IMG/VR virus record: IMGVR_UViG_3300044856_000216
Location: 127,916 to 191,915 of that record
Origin: a virus
DNA: 64,000 nucleotides
Reading direction: 5' to 3' (one strand)
The position numbers and the translations under genes were made by a program. The notes under the pieces were generated by a model. The model ran no database searches and was not told the DNA's origin. It saw only the letters and a list, made by a program, of their open reading frames with translations. Positions 19,534 to 28,500 of this stretch are shown piece after piece. Each line of letters opens with the position of its first letter. Position 1 is the stretch's first letter.

Positions 19534-19875
19534 ATGTCATTAGAAAATAACGCAATTTGCGCAATATGTGGAAAACCTTATAGAGTTTGTCATACATGTC
19601 AGAATATTAAAACTTATACTCCTTGGAGAACAGTAACTGATACTCTTCCACACTATACAATTTATCTTGCAATTTATGAATATAATAAAACAAAAGATAA
19701 AGCAAAAGCAAAAGAAGAATTATTAAAATGTGATTTATCCGAGTTGGATAGTTTTGATAAAGATGTTAAAAAGGTCATTAATGAAATTTTAGGAGAAAAT
19801 AAAAAGACAGTTAATACTACTCCTAATAAAGAACAGACTTCAAAAACTGATAATAAGCTGGTACATAAGAAATGA
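19534..19875 (+). CDS. small Cys-rich protein (113 aa)
   Basis: ATG at 19534 follows GAAAGGAA. Contains CAICGKPYRVCHTCQN. The tracked GTG start at 19492 lies inside the terminator. Confidence 0.5.
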   Translation: MSLENNAICAICGKPYRVCHTCQNIKTYTPWRTVTDTLPHYTIYLAIYEYNKTKDKAKAKEELLKCDLSELDSFDKDVKKVINEILGENKKTVNTTPNKEQTSKTDNKLVHKK

Positions 19876-19910
19876 TTATATTGAATAGTAAGTTGAATTT
19901 TTTAATTGTA

Positions 19911-19957
19911 TAGGGTTACGCATTTACTATTCAGTATTTTGTGTAGCCCTATTTTTT
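19911..19957 (+). terminator. long hairpin terminator
   Basis: TAGGGTTAC / GTAGCCCTA stem with one G-U pair, followed by TTTTTT. Confidence 0.55.
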
Positions 19958-19987
19958 ACGCTTATAAATAGAATGGAGTGAACGGAT

Positions 19988-20221
19988 ATTAAAGAATATA
20001 GTGACGTATTTAATTGGGAATACGATTCAGAAGATGTAATTTACATTCCTAATATGACTCAAAACTGTATGTATTTAAGTTCACCTTTGTCACGAGGGAA
20101 ATTAGTTGATATTTTTCCAGGCAGAAATAAACGTGTTGTTTTTGCTTGGCTAAGATCAAAAGAAATAAATGAGTTATATAAAGAATGGAATAGTAAGAAA
20201 ATTGAGGAAGAGGAGGATTAA
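19988..20221 (+). CDS. small conserved-looking ORF with a possible ATT start
   Basis: The frame is open from 19982 to the stop at 20219-20221. The only canonical start is ATG at 20054, which has no SD. GGAG (19975-19978) lies 9 nt before ATT at 19988. The ORF ends just before the SD of the next gene. Confidence 0.3.
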   Translation: MKEYSDVFNWEYDSEDVIYIPNMTQNCMYLSSPLSRGKLVDIFPGRNKRVVFAWLRSKEINELYKEWNSKKIEEEED

Positions 20222-20224
20222 CTG

Positions 20225-20599
20225 ATGAAGGAGTTTTTAGGAAGCTTAGATTGGATGACACTGCTCTCTGCTATTTGGACAGTAATTTTAGTTCCGATCG
20301 GGACACAGATTTATAAATATCTGAAAACAAAGAAACTTGATAAGTATGCCTTGATTCTTTATAGAGAAGTTAAAAATGCTGTCAAGTCAGTATATGAAAC
20401 AGAGGTCAAAGACATAAAGGGCACTGACGCATGGACTAAGGATAAAATGAATGAAGTAAAAGAAATTGCAAAACAGAAAGCAATTCAGGCACTTAATCAG
20501 TCAGTATATAAATGTCTCAAAGAGGCTAATAGTGATTTCGAGGATTATTTAGATTCACTCATTACAACCTCATTGTATGATCTTAAACATGAAAAATAA
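20225..20599 (+). CDS. membrane-anchored protein (holin or lysis accessory candidate)
   Basis: N-terminal TM segment LLSAIWTVILVPIGTQIY and a charged C-terminus. Directly upstream of the lysin. Confidence 0.45.
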   Translation: MKEFLGSLDWMTLLSAIWTVILVPIGTQIYKYLKTKKLDKYALILYREVKNAVKSVYETEVKDIKGTDAWTKDKMNEVKEIAKQKAIQALNQSVYKCLKEANSDFEDYLDSLITTSLYDLKHEK

Positions 20600-20616
20600 A
20601 ATATGATAAATAATTT

Positions 20617-20641
20617 AGAGACTTAAAGAGTCTCTTTTTTA
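20617..20641 (+). terminator. rho-independent terminator
   Basis: AGAGACT / AGTCTCT stem followed by TTTTTT. Confidence 0.65.
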
Positions 20642-20670
20642 TTGTAGAAAATTAGGAAGGAGGAATCACT

Positions 20671-21630
20671 ATGATTTCAAATTGTGGAAAAGATGAACGA
20701 GGTCGTTATTCTGGTGGAAAAGCTGGCGACCAGAGTGGTACTGAATGGTATATTCGTTCTTGGTATAATCATAATTGGAAATGTGTAATCAGATTTCCTG
20801 CGAATGTGCGTGAGCAGTTAGCTCTTAATGCAGAAAAGGCAGCTAAGAACAATTTAATTGGATATGACCAGAATGCGCGTCTCTCATATTACAATCATCT
20901 TAAAGCTAGTAACTGGGATGCAAGTAAAATTACAATAGCTTGTGAAGCTGATTGTTCAGCAGGTGTTTCAGCAAATATTATAGCGGCTGGTTATAAACTT
21001 GGAATTTCAACATTAAAGAATTTCAATAAATCCAATACTACTTCTACTCTTCGTGCAGCTTGCAAAGCAGTTGGCGCAACGATACTTACAGATTCAAAAT
21101 ATTTAACAAGTGATGCATATTTACTTAGAGGAGATTTGATTCTTAAGGATGGAAGTCATGTATGTACTAATATTACAAATGGTTCGAAGGCTTCTACTTC
21201 TACTCCAAAACCATCTACTTCTACTCAGTCAAAGCCAAGTGGAAATTCACTCGTAAGATTAGGACAGCAACACGCTATTAATTTTACAGGACATACAATT
21301 GCTGTTGATGGACTTGTCGGAAAAGAAACCAACAGAATGAAAGCTAGAGTTTTACAACATGCTATCAACCTTGATTATAAAAAGGGTATTGGGGAAGATG
21401 GAATATTTGGTCGCAAGTCTAAGTCAGCTCTTGGCTCTCATTATGTTAAAAAGGGAGAAAGACAGTATATGGTAACTGCGGCTGAGATACTTATGTATCT
21501 TAATGGTGTTGATCCGAATGGTGTAGAATGTCCTGGCAAATATGGTAATGGTCTTGTAAGAGCTTCAAAACAGAAATTTGGAGATGATGGTCTTAAAATT
21601 ACAGCATCTGAATTCCTCAAGTTGATATAA
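20671..21630 (+). CDS. endolysin / cell-wall hydrolase with C-terminal peptidoglycan-binding repeats
   Basis: C-terminal VDGLVGKETNRMKARVLQHAIN and EDGIFGRKSKSALG resemble PG_binding_1 repeats. A Ser/Thr/Pro linker precedes them. The N-terminal GKAGDQSGTEW catalytic-type domain could not be assigned. Confidence 0.6.
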   Translation: MISNCGKDERGRYSGGKAGDQSGTEWYIRSWYNHNWKCVIRFPANVREQLALNAEKAAKNNLIGYDQNARLSYYNHLKASNWDASKITIACEADCSAGVSANIIAAGYKLGISTLKNFNKSNTTSTLRAACKAVGATILTDSKYLTSDAYLLRGDLILKDGSHVCTNITNGSKASTSTPKPSTSTQSKPSGNSLVRLGQQHAINFTGHTIAVDGLVGKETNRMKARVLQHAINLDYKKGIGEDGIFGRKSKSALGSHYVKKGERQYMVTAAEILMYLNGVDPNGVECPGKYGNGLVRASKQKFGDDGLKITASEFLKLI

Positions 21631-21657
21631 GGAAAGGCTCAGATGGTGTAATATGAA

Positions 21658-22143
21658 ATGGATGAAATAAAAGCATTAATGAATTTAGATTTTCCAACTG
21701 TTATCTTGGGCGTATTTATAATAATCTTGGGATTAGATAAAATAGTATTCTTGATTCAAAAAGCAAAGAAAACCCTACGTGTAAAACTTGGCTATGAAAT
21801 TGATAAAGAGACACTTGACAAAAGAATAGACACTTTGGAAAAACATGATAACTGGCAGTATAAAGAGATAACTAAAATGTCTGAAGGTATAGAGAATATT
21901 GAATCCGAGTTATTAGATAATAACTTGGAGAGAAAACGTAAATATATTTTGGATTTTTGTTCTTCTCTGTCAAATGGTCAGAAACAAAATAAAGAGGCTT
22001 TCAATAATGTCTTCAAGACATATAAAAAGTATGAAGAACTGCTTACAGCTCATAAGATGGAAAATGGTCAAGCAGAGGAAAGTATGAAATTTATTTCTGA
22101 AAAGTATCAGGAATGTCTACGAAATATGGAGTTTAAGTCCTAA
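21658..22143 (+). CDS. membrane protein with coiled coil (holin or spanin-like candidate)
   Basis: N-terminal TM segment FPTVILGVFIIILGL. Follows the lysin. Confidence 0.4.
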   Translation: MDEIKALMNLDFPTVILGVFIIILGLDKIVFLIQKAKKTLRVKLGYEIDKETLDKRIDTLEKHDNWQYKEITKMSEGIENIESELLDNNLERKRKYILDFCSSLSNGQKQNKEAFNNVFKTYKKYEELLTAHKMENGQAEESMKFISEKYQECLRNMEFKS

Positions 22144-22202
22144 TATTTTTATTATATCATAAAATCCAGTAATTCAACTTATGAATTTCTTCCTTATTAT
22201 AT

Positions 22203-22436
22203 ATGTATAGAAAAACAGATTATACACAGACTAAATACATGAAGAATGAAATAGGCAGATATAGGTATCAACAGAATATGTCAATATCAGAACTTGCGAG
22301 ACGTACAGGATTGTCAGCAACTGCAATATCTAATCTTGAAAATGGATATACATCTGATATACTACTCTCTCATGCTATATCTTTATCTCATGCATTACAT
22401 GTTGATTTGTACGATTTGTTTTGTATTAAAAGATAA
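22203..22436 (+). CDS. XRE-family helix-turn-helix regulator (Cro-like)
   Basis: MSISELARRTGLSATAISNLENG. The true start may be the ATG at 22239. Confidence 0.7.
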   Translation: MYRKTDYTQTKYMKNEIGRYRYQQNMSISELARRTGLSATAISNLENGYTSDILLSHAISLSHALHVDLYDLFCIKR

Positions 22437-22450
22437 GGAGAATTGTTGAT

Positions 22451-22627
22451 ATGGAGAAGACATTTTACAACGTAATCTGTGAAGAATTGGAATTATTAGG
22501 AGGCAAAGTAATTCATATTGATAAGAACTTTGGAGATATGAATGAAGTACATAATTTCGTAATAAGTAATATAGGTAAATATCCTAATGCACATTGGGAA
22601 CTACGACCTATCACATTTAGAATTTAA
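22451..22627 (+). CDS. small hypothetical protein (58 aa)
   Basis: ATG follows TAAGGAGAA. Below the ORF-track length cut-off. A terminator lies downstream. Confidence 0.5.
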   Translation: MEKTFYNVICEELELLGGKVIHIDKNFGDMNEVHNFVISNIGKYPNAHWELRPITFRI

Positions 22628-22638
22628 TATTAAAGGAA

Positions 22639-22668
22639 AGAGCAGTTTCTTCGGAGGCTGCTCTTTTG
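22639..22668 (+). terminator. rho-independent terminator
   Basis: AGAGCAG / CTGCTCT stem followed by TTTGTT. Confidence 0.7.
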
Positions 22669-22763
22669 TTATGTAAGGGGAGTGAAAGGAAATAACAAAA
22701 GCTAAATCGAAATATCATGTAGATATTTCAGAACAAGGTAAGAAAAATCGAACATATAAAGGC

Positions 22764-23138
22764 GTGACTTACGACAGCCTAACGGAGCTTAGATTTTTGC
22801 AAGAATTTATTGAGCCTAGAATGAAAAGTGGAGAAATATTATCATATGAACGCCAAGTAGAATATGTTCTTCAAGAAAAATTTAAATATAATGGAAAGAC
22901 AATTCTACCAATTAAATATCGAAGTGATTTTAATGTAACATGGGCTGATGGTACTTTACAGGTTTTCGATGTGAAAGGAAATCCCGATTCTATGTCGTTA
23001 CTTAAAAGGAAAATGATGTGGTGTAAATATCCAGAGACTAATCTTACATTTATATGCCGTAATTTAAAATACGGTGGATGGGTAGAATTTGATACTTTAA
23101 AGAAACTTCGTAAAGAAGCTAAGAAAGCAAAGTCATGA
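22764..23138 (+). CDS. DUF1064-like protein
   Basis: KGVTYDSLTELRF...SDFNVTWADGTLQVFDVKG fits the DUF1064 pattern. The frame is open from 22686. The N-terminus probably extends to ATA at 22692, 9 nt after GGAG. Confidence 0.55.
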   Translation: MTYDSLTELRFLQEFIEPRMKSGEILSYERQVEYVLQEKFKYNGKTILPIKYRSDFNVTWADGTLQVFDVKGNPDSMSLLKRKMMWCKYPETNLTFICRNLKYGGWVEFDTLKKLRKEAKKAKS

Positions 23139-23329
23139 CAGACAATGAGATACATAAGTATCTAATAAAACATAACTGGGCTGTTAATTCTCATGAGTTT
23201 ATATCAATTATGAACGAAAGCCCTCAGATAGAACGGACTGAATATAATAGTCAAAATAATATATTAACTGTTTACACTCACGACCATGTATTTTCATGCA
23301 AGTGGGTGTTGAATGAGATAAAGGAATGA
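23135..23329 (+). CDS. small hypothetical protein
   Basis: 64-aa ORF with an ATGA overlap to the upstream gene. Confidence 0.45.
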   Translation: MTDNEIHKYLIKHNWAVNSHEFISIMNESPQIERTEYNSQNNILTVYTHDHVFSCKWVLNEIKE

Positions 23330-23934
23330 AAGGAATATTAATTATGGAAAAGATTACAATTAAAAATTTTATAGATGAATATAATAAGCGTGACACAGAG
23401 TCATTAAAGGAACAGTATATTAAAGATAATCTTGAAATTATACCTTATGTGCCATTTATTAGAAAGGATGCACTTATCGGTAATTTGCTCAAAATAACTA
23501 TGATTGACGAAAAAACTGGTAATGTAAAAGTAAACTCTTCTGCTGAATATCTTTTAAAGACAAGAATTTTAATTGAGAATTATACAAACCTTACGGTTGA
23601 GACAGATGGATTCTATGAGGAATATGATGAGCTGAAGAAATCTGGATTATTTACCATTTTACTTATTGGTGATGATAATACTGCACCGCTTATTCCGATT
23701 GAAGAAATTGCAGAGTTCAATCATTTACTATCTATTAAGAGAAATGATGTGCTTACTAATCGTTATGAGATTCACAGCTTTATTACAGAACAGGCAGATA
23801 GATTCAAGGCTCTTGTCGAAGCTACTCTCACACCATTTATAGATACATTAAGTAAGAAACTTGATGAGATTCCAAAAGAAGATTTAGATAAAGTTGTTGA
23901 GTTTGCTAAGAATGGTGGATTTAAAGAGGTATAG
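23326..23934 (+). CDS. tail assembly chaperone-like protein
   Basis: The pattern IIPYVPFIRKDALIGNLL...ENYTNLTV...YEEYDELKKSGLF resembles Gram-positive siphophage tail chaperones. Alternative start at 23344. Confidence 0.4.
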   Translation: MKGILIMEKITIKNFIDEYNKRDTESLKEQYIKDNLEIIPYVPFIRKDALIGNLLKITMIDEKTGNVKVNSSAEYLLKTRILIENYTNLTVETDGFYEEYDELKKSGLFTILLIGDDNTAPLIPIEEIAEFNHLLSIKRNDVLTNRYEIHSFITEQADRFKALVEATLTPFIDTLSKKLDEIPKEDLDKVVEFAKNGGFKEV

Positions 23935-23937
23935 AGT

Positions 23938-24132
23938 ATGGATTTATTTGATTTAATATATAATAATATTTATACGATAGATAAAACATTTGATAAACCA
24001 AATAACTTTGAAGAAATTAGAAAAGAGATTATTTCTATTATAAAAGAAAATAATCTCTCTCTTAGTCAGTCTGCAATGGTGTTCAATTCTATTATAAAAA
24101 AGTTGGGGAATACACCAATCAACGAATTATAA
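23938..24132 (+). CDS. small hypothetical protein
   Basis: 64-aa ORF with its own ATG and a weak SD. Confidence 0.4.
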   Translation: MDLFDLIYNNIYTIDKTFDKPNNFEEIRKEIISIIKENNLSLSQSAMVFNSIIKKLGNTPINEL

Positions 24133-24291
24133 TTATTTGTTTAGGTATTTTAATATCTCGCTATGGATTTTCTTAAAATTTTCTATTTGTTGTTCAAGTG
24201 TAACTTCAGTAGATCTTTTTAGTAGATTATTTTGATGAATATATTCTAATGCCAAATCGTAAGCTGCTTTATTAGTAAGTTCTGGATTCAT
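24133..24291 (-). CDS. small hypothetical protein (52 aa), minus strand
   Basis: GGAGGTATTACAT precedes the ATG on the minus strand. Below the ORF-track length cut-off. Confidence 0.5.
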   Translation of the reverse strand: MNPELTNKAAYDLALEYIHQNNLLKRSTEVTLEQQIENFKKIHSEILKYLNK

Positions 24292-24387
24292 ATGTAATAC
24301 CTCCGTTTTTTTTGTTTTGTATTATATCATGGATTTAGGATTTATTCAACGAAGTAAAGAAATTCAAATTTCATGAGGAGATTATTT

Positions 24388-24723
24388 ATGTCCAAAAAGA
24401 AAAAAAAGAAAAACAAAGTTAAGTTAATACCTCGTAATATAAATACAACCACTCCTGGATTATTTGATTGGAGTGAATTATTTCGAAGGAGGAAAAATAA
24501 TATTATGATTGCAGCAACAGAAGCTAGAAAAATTACAGAAGAAAGCCGTTCTATGTTACAGAAAACTATTGATGAGATTGATTATTATATTGATGATGCT
24601 ATTCATGAAGGTAAACATACAGTTATGATTGATGGCTTTATTAGTAAAGAAACTGTTGAAACTTTAAGGGAATATGGTTATGCAGTAATGGAATCTGATA
24701 CACGTTTTCAGGTGGTATGGTAA
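24388..24723 (+). CDS. hypothetical protein with a poly-Lys N-terminus
   Basis: ATG at 24388 lies 7 nt after GAGGAG. An alternative internal start at 24505 follows AAGGAGG. Confidence 0.45.
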   Translation: MSKKKKKKNKVKLIPRNINTTTPGLFDWSELFRRRKNNIMIAATEARKITEESRSMLQKTIDEIDYYIDDAIHEGKHTVMIDGFISKETVETLREYGYAVMESDTRFQVVW

Positions 24724-24900
24724 ATGATAGGTGGAATATTATACGGACTTCTATGTGGATGGATTCTTACATTATTCAATGTAGATAATATCTGCATAGA
24801 AGTTCTACAACCGATTGTTCCTTTTGTATTAACTACAGCTCATTATTATTTTGTGTTTGGAGTTGTAGGGTTAATATACGGAATTATACACAATGATTAA
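24724..24900 (+). CDS. small two-TM membrane protein (58 aa)
   Basis: TAAATG junction with the upstream gene. Hydrophobic segments GILYGLLCGWILTLF and YYFVFGVVGLIYGII. Confidence 0.5.
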   Translation: MIGGILYGLLCGWILTLFNVDNICIEVLQPIVPFVLTTAHYYFVFGVVGLIYGIIHND

Positions 24901-24911
24901 ATATTTAAGCT

Positions 24912-24940
24912 CTATGCGTGTCAAAGCGTATAGGGTTTTT
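24912..24940 (+). terminator. rho-independent terminator
   Basis: CTATGCG / CGTATAG stem with one G-U pair, followed by GGTTTTT. Confidence 0.6.
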
Positions 24941-24945
24941 CTTAT

Positions 24946-24974
24946 GGAGAGCGGTTATACTGCTCTCCTATTTT
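24946..24974 (+). terminator. second hairpin terminator
   Basis: GGAGAGC / GCTCTCC perfect 7-bp stem followed by TATTTT. Confidence 0.6.
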
Positions 24975-25011
24975 AGTGTAAAAATAGTGAAATTTTTGGA
25001 GGTGATTGGAA

Positions 25012-25539
25012 TTGGCAAAAAATATATATACAGATTTTAAAAAGAAGTTAGACAGAATTGAAAATCATATTGCAGAAGAAATTGCTCCGCAAGCAAATGA
25101 ACTTCTAAAAGAATCTGTTAGATATTCATTGATAGATTGGTATAACGATTACACTCCACAGTCGTATGAAAGAACATATAACTTCATGAAAATTCTCGAT
25201 TCTACAAGAACAATAGGTAAAGGAAATGTTCTTCATTTTTCAGTAGATTCAGGTGCAATGGATAATTATATCGGTTGGGCTGGGTATGGTTGGGGAAATA
25301 CCTATGATGCACCAAGAGAAGATGGAAAATATTCTAATAAAAAAGGTAATCATCAGAAATTAAATGCCAGCCTTGCATTTGATTATATGTTTATGAATGG
25401 TGAACATGGTCATGGTCATTGGATGATGCATAGATCCATCCCTCCATATATGTATGTAGAGCGAGATATCGAAAGTGGATTTAATGGTCGTTTAGACAAA
25501 ATTATAAATAAAAGAGTTGATGAAATTTTAAGAAAGTGA
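25012..25539 (+). CDS. tail-module protein (HK97 gp10-like candidate)
   Basis: TTG at 25012 lies 8 nt after GGAGG. The N-terminal helix FKKKLDRIENHIAEEIAPQANELLKESV resembles the gp10 family. Directly upstream of the TMP. Confidence 0.4.
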   Translation: MAKNIYTDFKKKLDRIENHIAEEIAPQANELLKESVRYSLIDWYNDYTPQSYERTYNFMKILDSTRTIGKGNVLHFSVDSGAMDNYIGWAGYGWGNTYDAPREDGKYSNKKGNHQKLNASLAFDYMFMNGEHGHGHWMMHRSIPPYMYVERDIESGFNGRLDKIINKRVDEILRK

Positions 25540-25548
25540 GGAAATTAA

Positions 25549-28500
25549 ATGCCAGGAATGTATAAATATAGCATGGAGATTGAATCTAATGTCAAAAAGT
25601 TACTTTTGGACACAAAAGAACTCCAAGACAGAATGGATACTCTCGAAGGCAAAGAATATAAAATCAACTTAAATATTGATGAGAAAAAACTTGGAAATGT
25701 AATTTCCAATCTCGAAAAAATGCTTGACTCTCTTGGTAAGGGAACAGGTGATTTCAAACAGTTTGAGAATTTATCAAAGGAACTATCAAGTATTGTATCA
25801 GAAGTACAGAGTTTAAGTAAAGCTTTTGGTAAAGTAGATGATTCTGGTACGAAGACATTACTCTCTTCTATCCAAAATATTGATAAATCACTTTCTGAAC
25901 TGAGTCAGAATATTCTCAATGTTAATAAAAACATGAGTAATATGGGTGGCAATACGAGTGGTGCTGTCAAACAAGTGGAGAATATTAGTGATGCGTATCA
26001 AAACGCTGCAAAAGAAGCTGAGAAATTGGCTGATGCACAAAGTAAAATTGGACAGAAAACGAATATTTCATTAGGTGACTCTAAAGAGCAATCAACAGAA
26101 ATTGACTTATATCATAATTTAGAAAAGAGAAAAGTTACATATGATGAAATAATTGATAAAATTCAAACAATCATATCTCTTAAAGAAAAAGAAAAATCGT
26201 TAAGCAAAACTTCTGATGATACGAAACTCTACCAAAAATTATATGACGAAAATGATATCAATTGGGCTGGTGATACAGAAGGTACTATTAATAGAATATC
26301 AGATAGATTAAAAGAAATTTATATAAAATATAATGGTAAAATATCTTTAATTAATGAAAATGATATTCAAGAAGCCGCTTATCTGTTAGACATACTAAAA
26401 GGAGCAGGTGAATCACCTAATCTAAATAAATCTCAAGAAAAATTTTATCAGAATAAAAAATTTTCAAACGATTCATTGTTTGATAATATTCATGTTGATT
26501 CTCAAAAAACAGGAGAAATAGATAAAATCAACACAGAGTTGTCAGAAACATATCGTTGGTTTAATCAACTTGAGGGTGTATCTCTTAATGAAAATATAGC
26601 AAACGAAATTAAATCATTAATATCGGATATGCAAATTGGTGGAAAAAATGCTAATGAATATGCTAATGATTTATTAAAAATATTTAATATAGAAGTTGGC
26701 TCTAATTCTGTTGTCGAACAGCAAAATAAATTGCAATCTGAATTAAAAGAAACTGAATCACAGGCTGAAAAGACTACTATGGCTGTTAAAGAGGTATCTT
26801 CTACTGCTTCTACAGAGCAAAAGAAAGACGCATTTCCTTCTACCGAAGCTACTGCTTCTGTTGAGAAAACAACACAAGCAATTAGAGAAGAAAATAATGC
26901 TTTGGATGAAACAGTAAGTAAAGCCAAACAGGCGGCTTCTGAATCGACAAAAACTAGAGATATTGTTAGCCAGAATTGGTATCGTGAAAAAGGAACAGTT
27001 GTAGGCAAAGATTCAAAAGGCAACGATATAACTCGTGATGCTGATGAATTTTCTTTTGTGGAAAGATTAAAAAATGGTCAGTTACAAACAGTTCTGGCTA
27101 CATATGATGAGGAAACTGGCAAATGGGCAGAACAAGTTATTAATGTCAGAACTGCTTTTGAACAGGTAGAAAAAGCTATTATCAGTGCAGATAATAAGAT
27201 TGCTTCTTTAGAGATAGCAAAAGAAAGGACTCTTGCATCTCATCCAGGGTACGATGCTACTGCTGATGATAATCAGATTGCCATTGAAAGAAAAAAGAGA
27301 GATGAATTACAAGCAACTCTTAATCTTTATGGCAGCGAAAAGGAATATGTTTTTGAGATTGAAGCTGCTACAAAGAGAATTGCTGATAATCAGAAAAGAC
27401 TGAATAATAAGAAACAGTCACAGACTAATTTAAGACAAGCAGTTTCTGATGAAAAGGATGCAAAAGCCAACGAACAAGCAAATAAACGTGACGCAAAACA
27501 GGCACAAATTGAGGCAGAGAATATTAAATTAGCAGAACAGAAATCTATTTACAATGAGTTGATTGATTCTATTGATAGATATTCTACAGTTTCAAAACGA
27601 ATTGAAAGTGGCAAGGCTTTTGAGGGTGACTACGAAGAAGCTGCAAGATTGCAAGAAAAGATTGAAGAACTTCAAAACAATCCTATTTTATCACAAGAAC
27701 AGTTGGATGCTTCTCAGCGTAAGTTGGAGAAAATTGAAACTACATTAGAAGATATTGCAACTGCAAAAGCAAAAAGTGACTCTATTAAAGTTGATTCTGA
27801 AAATGTCAAAAATATTCAAGCTGAATGGGATAAAAATATAAAAGCAATCCAAGATTATATGGATGCTATGACAAAACTCAATAATCTTAAAGCTAAGGAT
27901 AAAGGTACTGGTAGTGAAGCAAATCAGATTGCGTTACAGACACAGAATGTTGAGGAATTAAAACAGGCTGCATGGGATGCACGAAAGAATTTGTCTTCTA
28001 TACAAGCAGAAAATCCTGATATCATCGCATGGAAACAATGGGTTGATATGATGGAACTATTCGATCAAGCTTCTAAAGGTTCTGCTGAATCAGCCGCAAA
28101 ACTCAAAGATGTATTAGACAACATAAAAGCTCCATCTCTTGATAAATATGAGAATAAACTAGCATCTTACCAGACTAAGAAAGGTGCTTATAATGCTACT
28201 ATCGCAAGGTTTAACGATGGTGGTTGGACAAGTGATGAATATTTAAAGAATGTACAGGCTGTCAAGGATGCTGTTAATGAGTATGAAACTCTGCTTAATG
28301 AATTAAAGGGCAAAGATGCTAGTTTGGTGACAAGTGATGATATTTCTAAATTGGACGAGTATGAAAAGAAAATCAAAGATGCTATCGCTACTGTCACTAA
28401 TATGTCAGCTGCTGAAAAGGGATATAACTTTGTTTCAGGTCAGAAAGAATTAGACAAGATTCACAAGCTTCTCAATGAAAATAGTAAGATGTCTTCTGAG

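Noticed and set aside
19973-19981. TGA read as a sense codon (alternative genetic code), which would let ATG-GAG-TGA start the 19988 ORF.
   Set aside because: TGA ends many well-supported genes in the window, for example 19873-19875 and 7047-7049. The parallel case at 22671 has ATG-TAA upstream, so recoding would not rescue it.
20049-20261. A 70-aa minus-strand ORF.
   Set aside because: It overlaps the SD and start of gene 20225. It lies antisense to a more protein-like plus-strand frame (19988-20221).
23934-23940. A programmed -1 frameshift (G/GT type) between the chaperone-like ORF and the following 64-aa ORF.
   Set aside because: The downstream ORF has its own ATG three nucleotides after the stop, with a weak SD. 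There is no slippery heptamer and no overlapping frame.
26565-27023. A 152-aa minus-strand ORF. Many other 60-120-aa antisense or off-frame ORFs lie inside large genes, for example 13299-13577, 18856-19294, 29070-29846, 45720-46010 and 48339-48641.
   Set aside because: They are nested entirely inside long, well-supported plus-strand genes. They have no SD and low-complexity translations, as expected from repetitive coding sequence.
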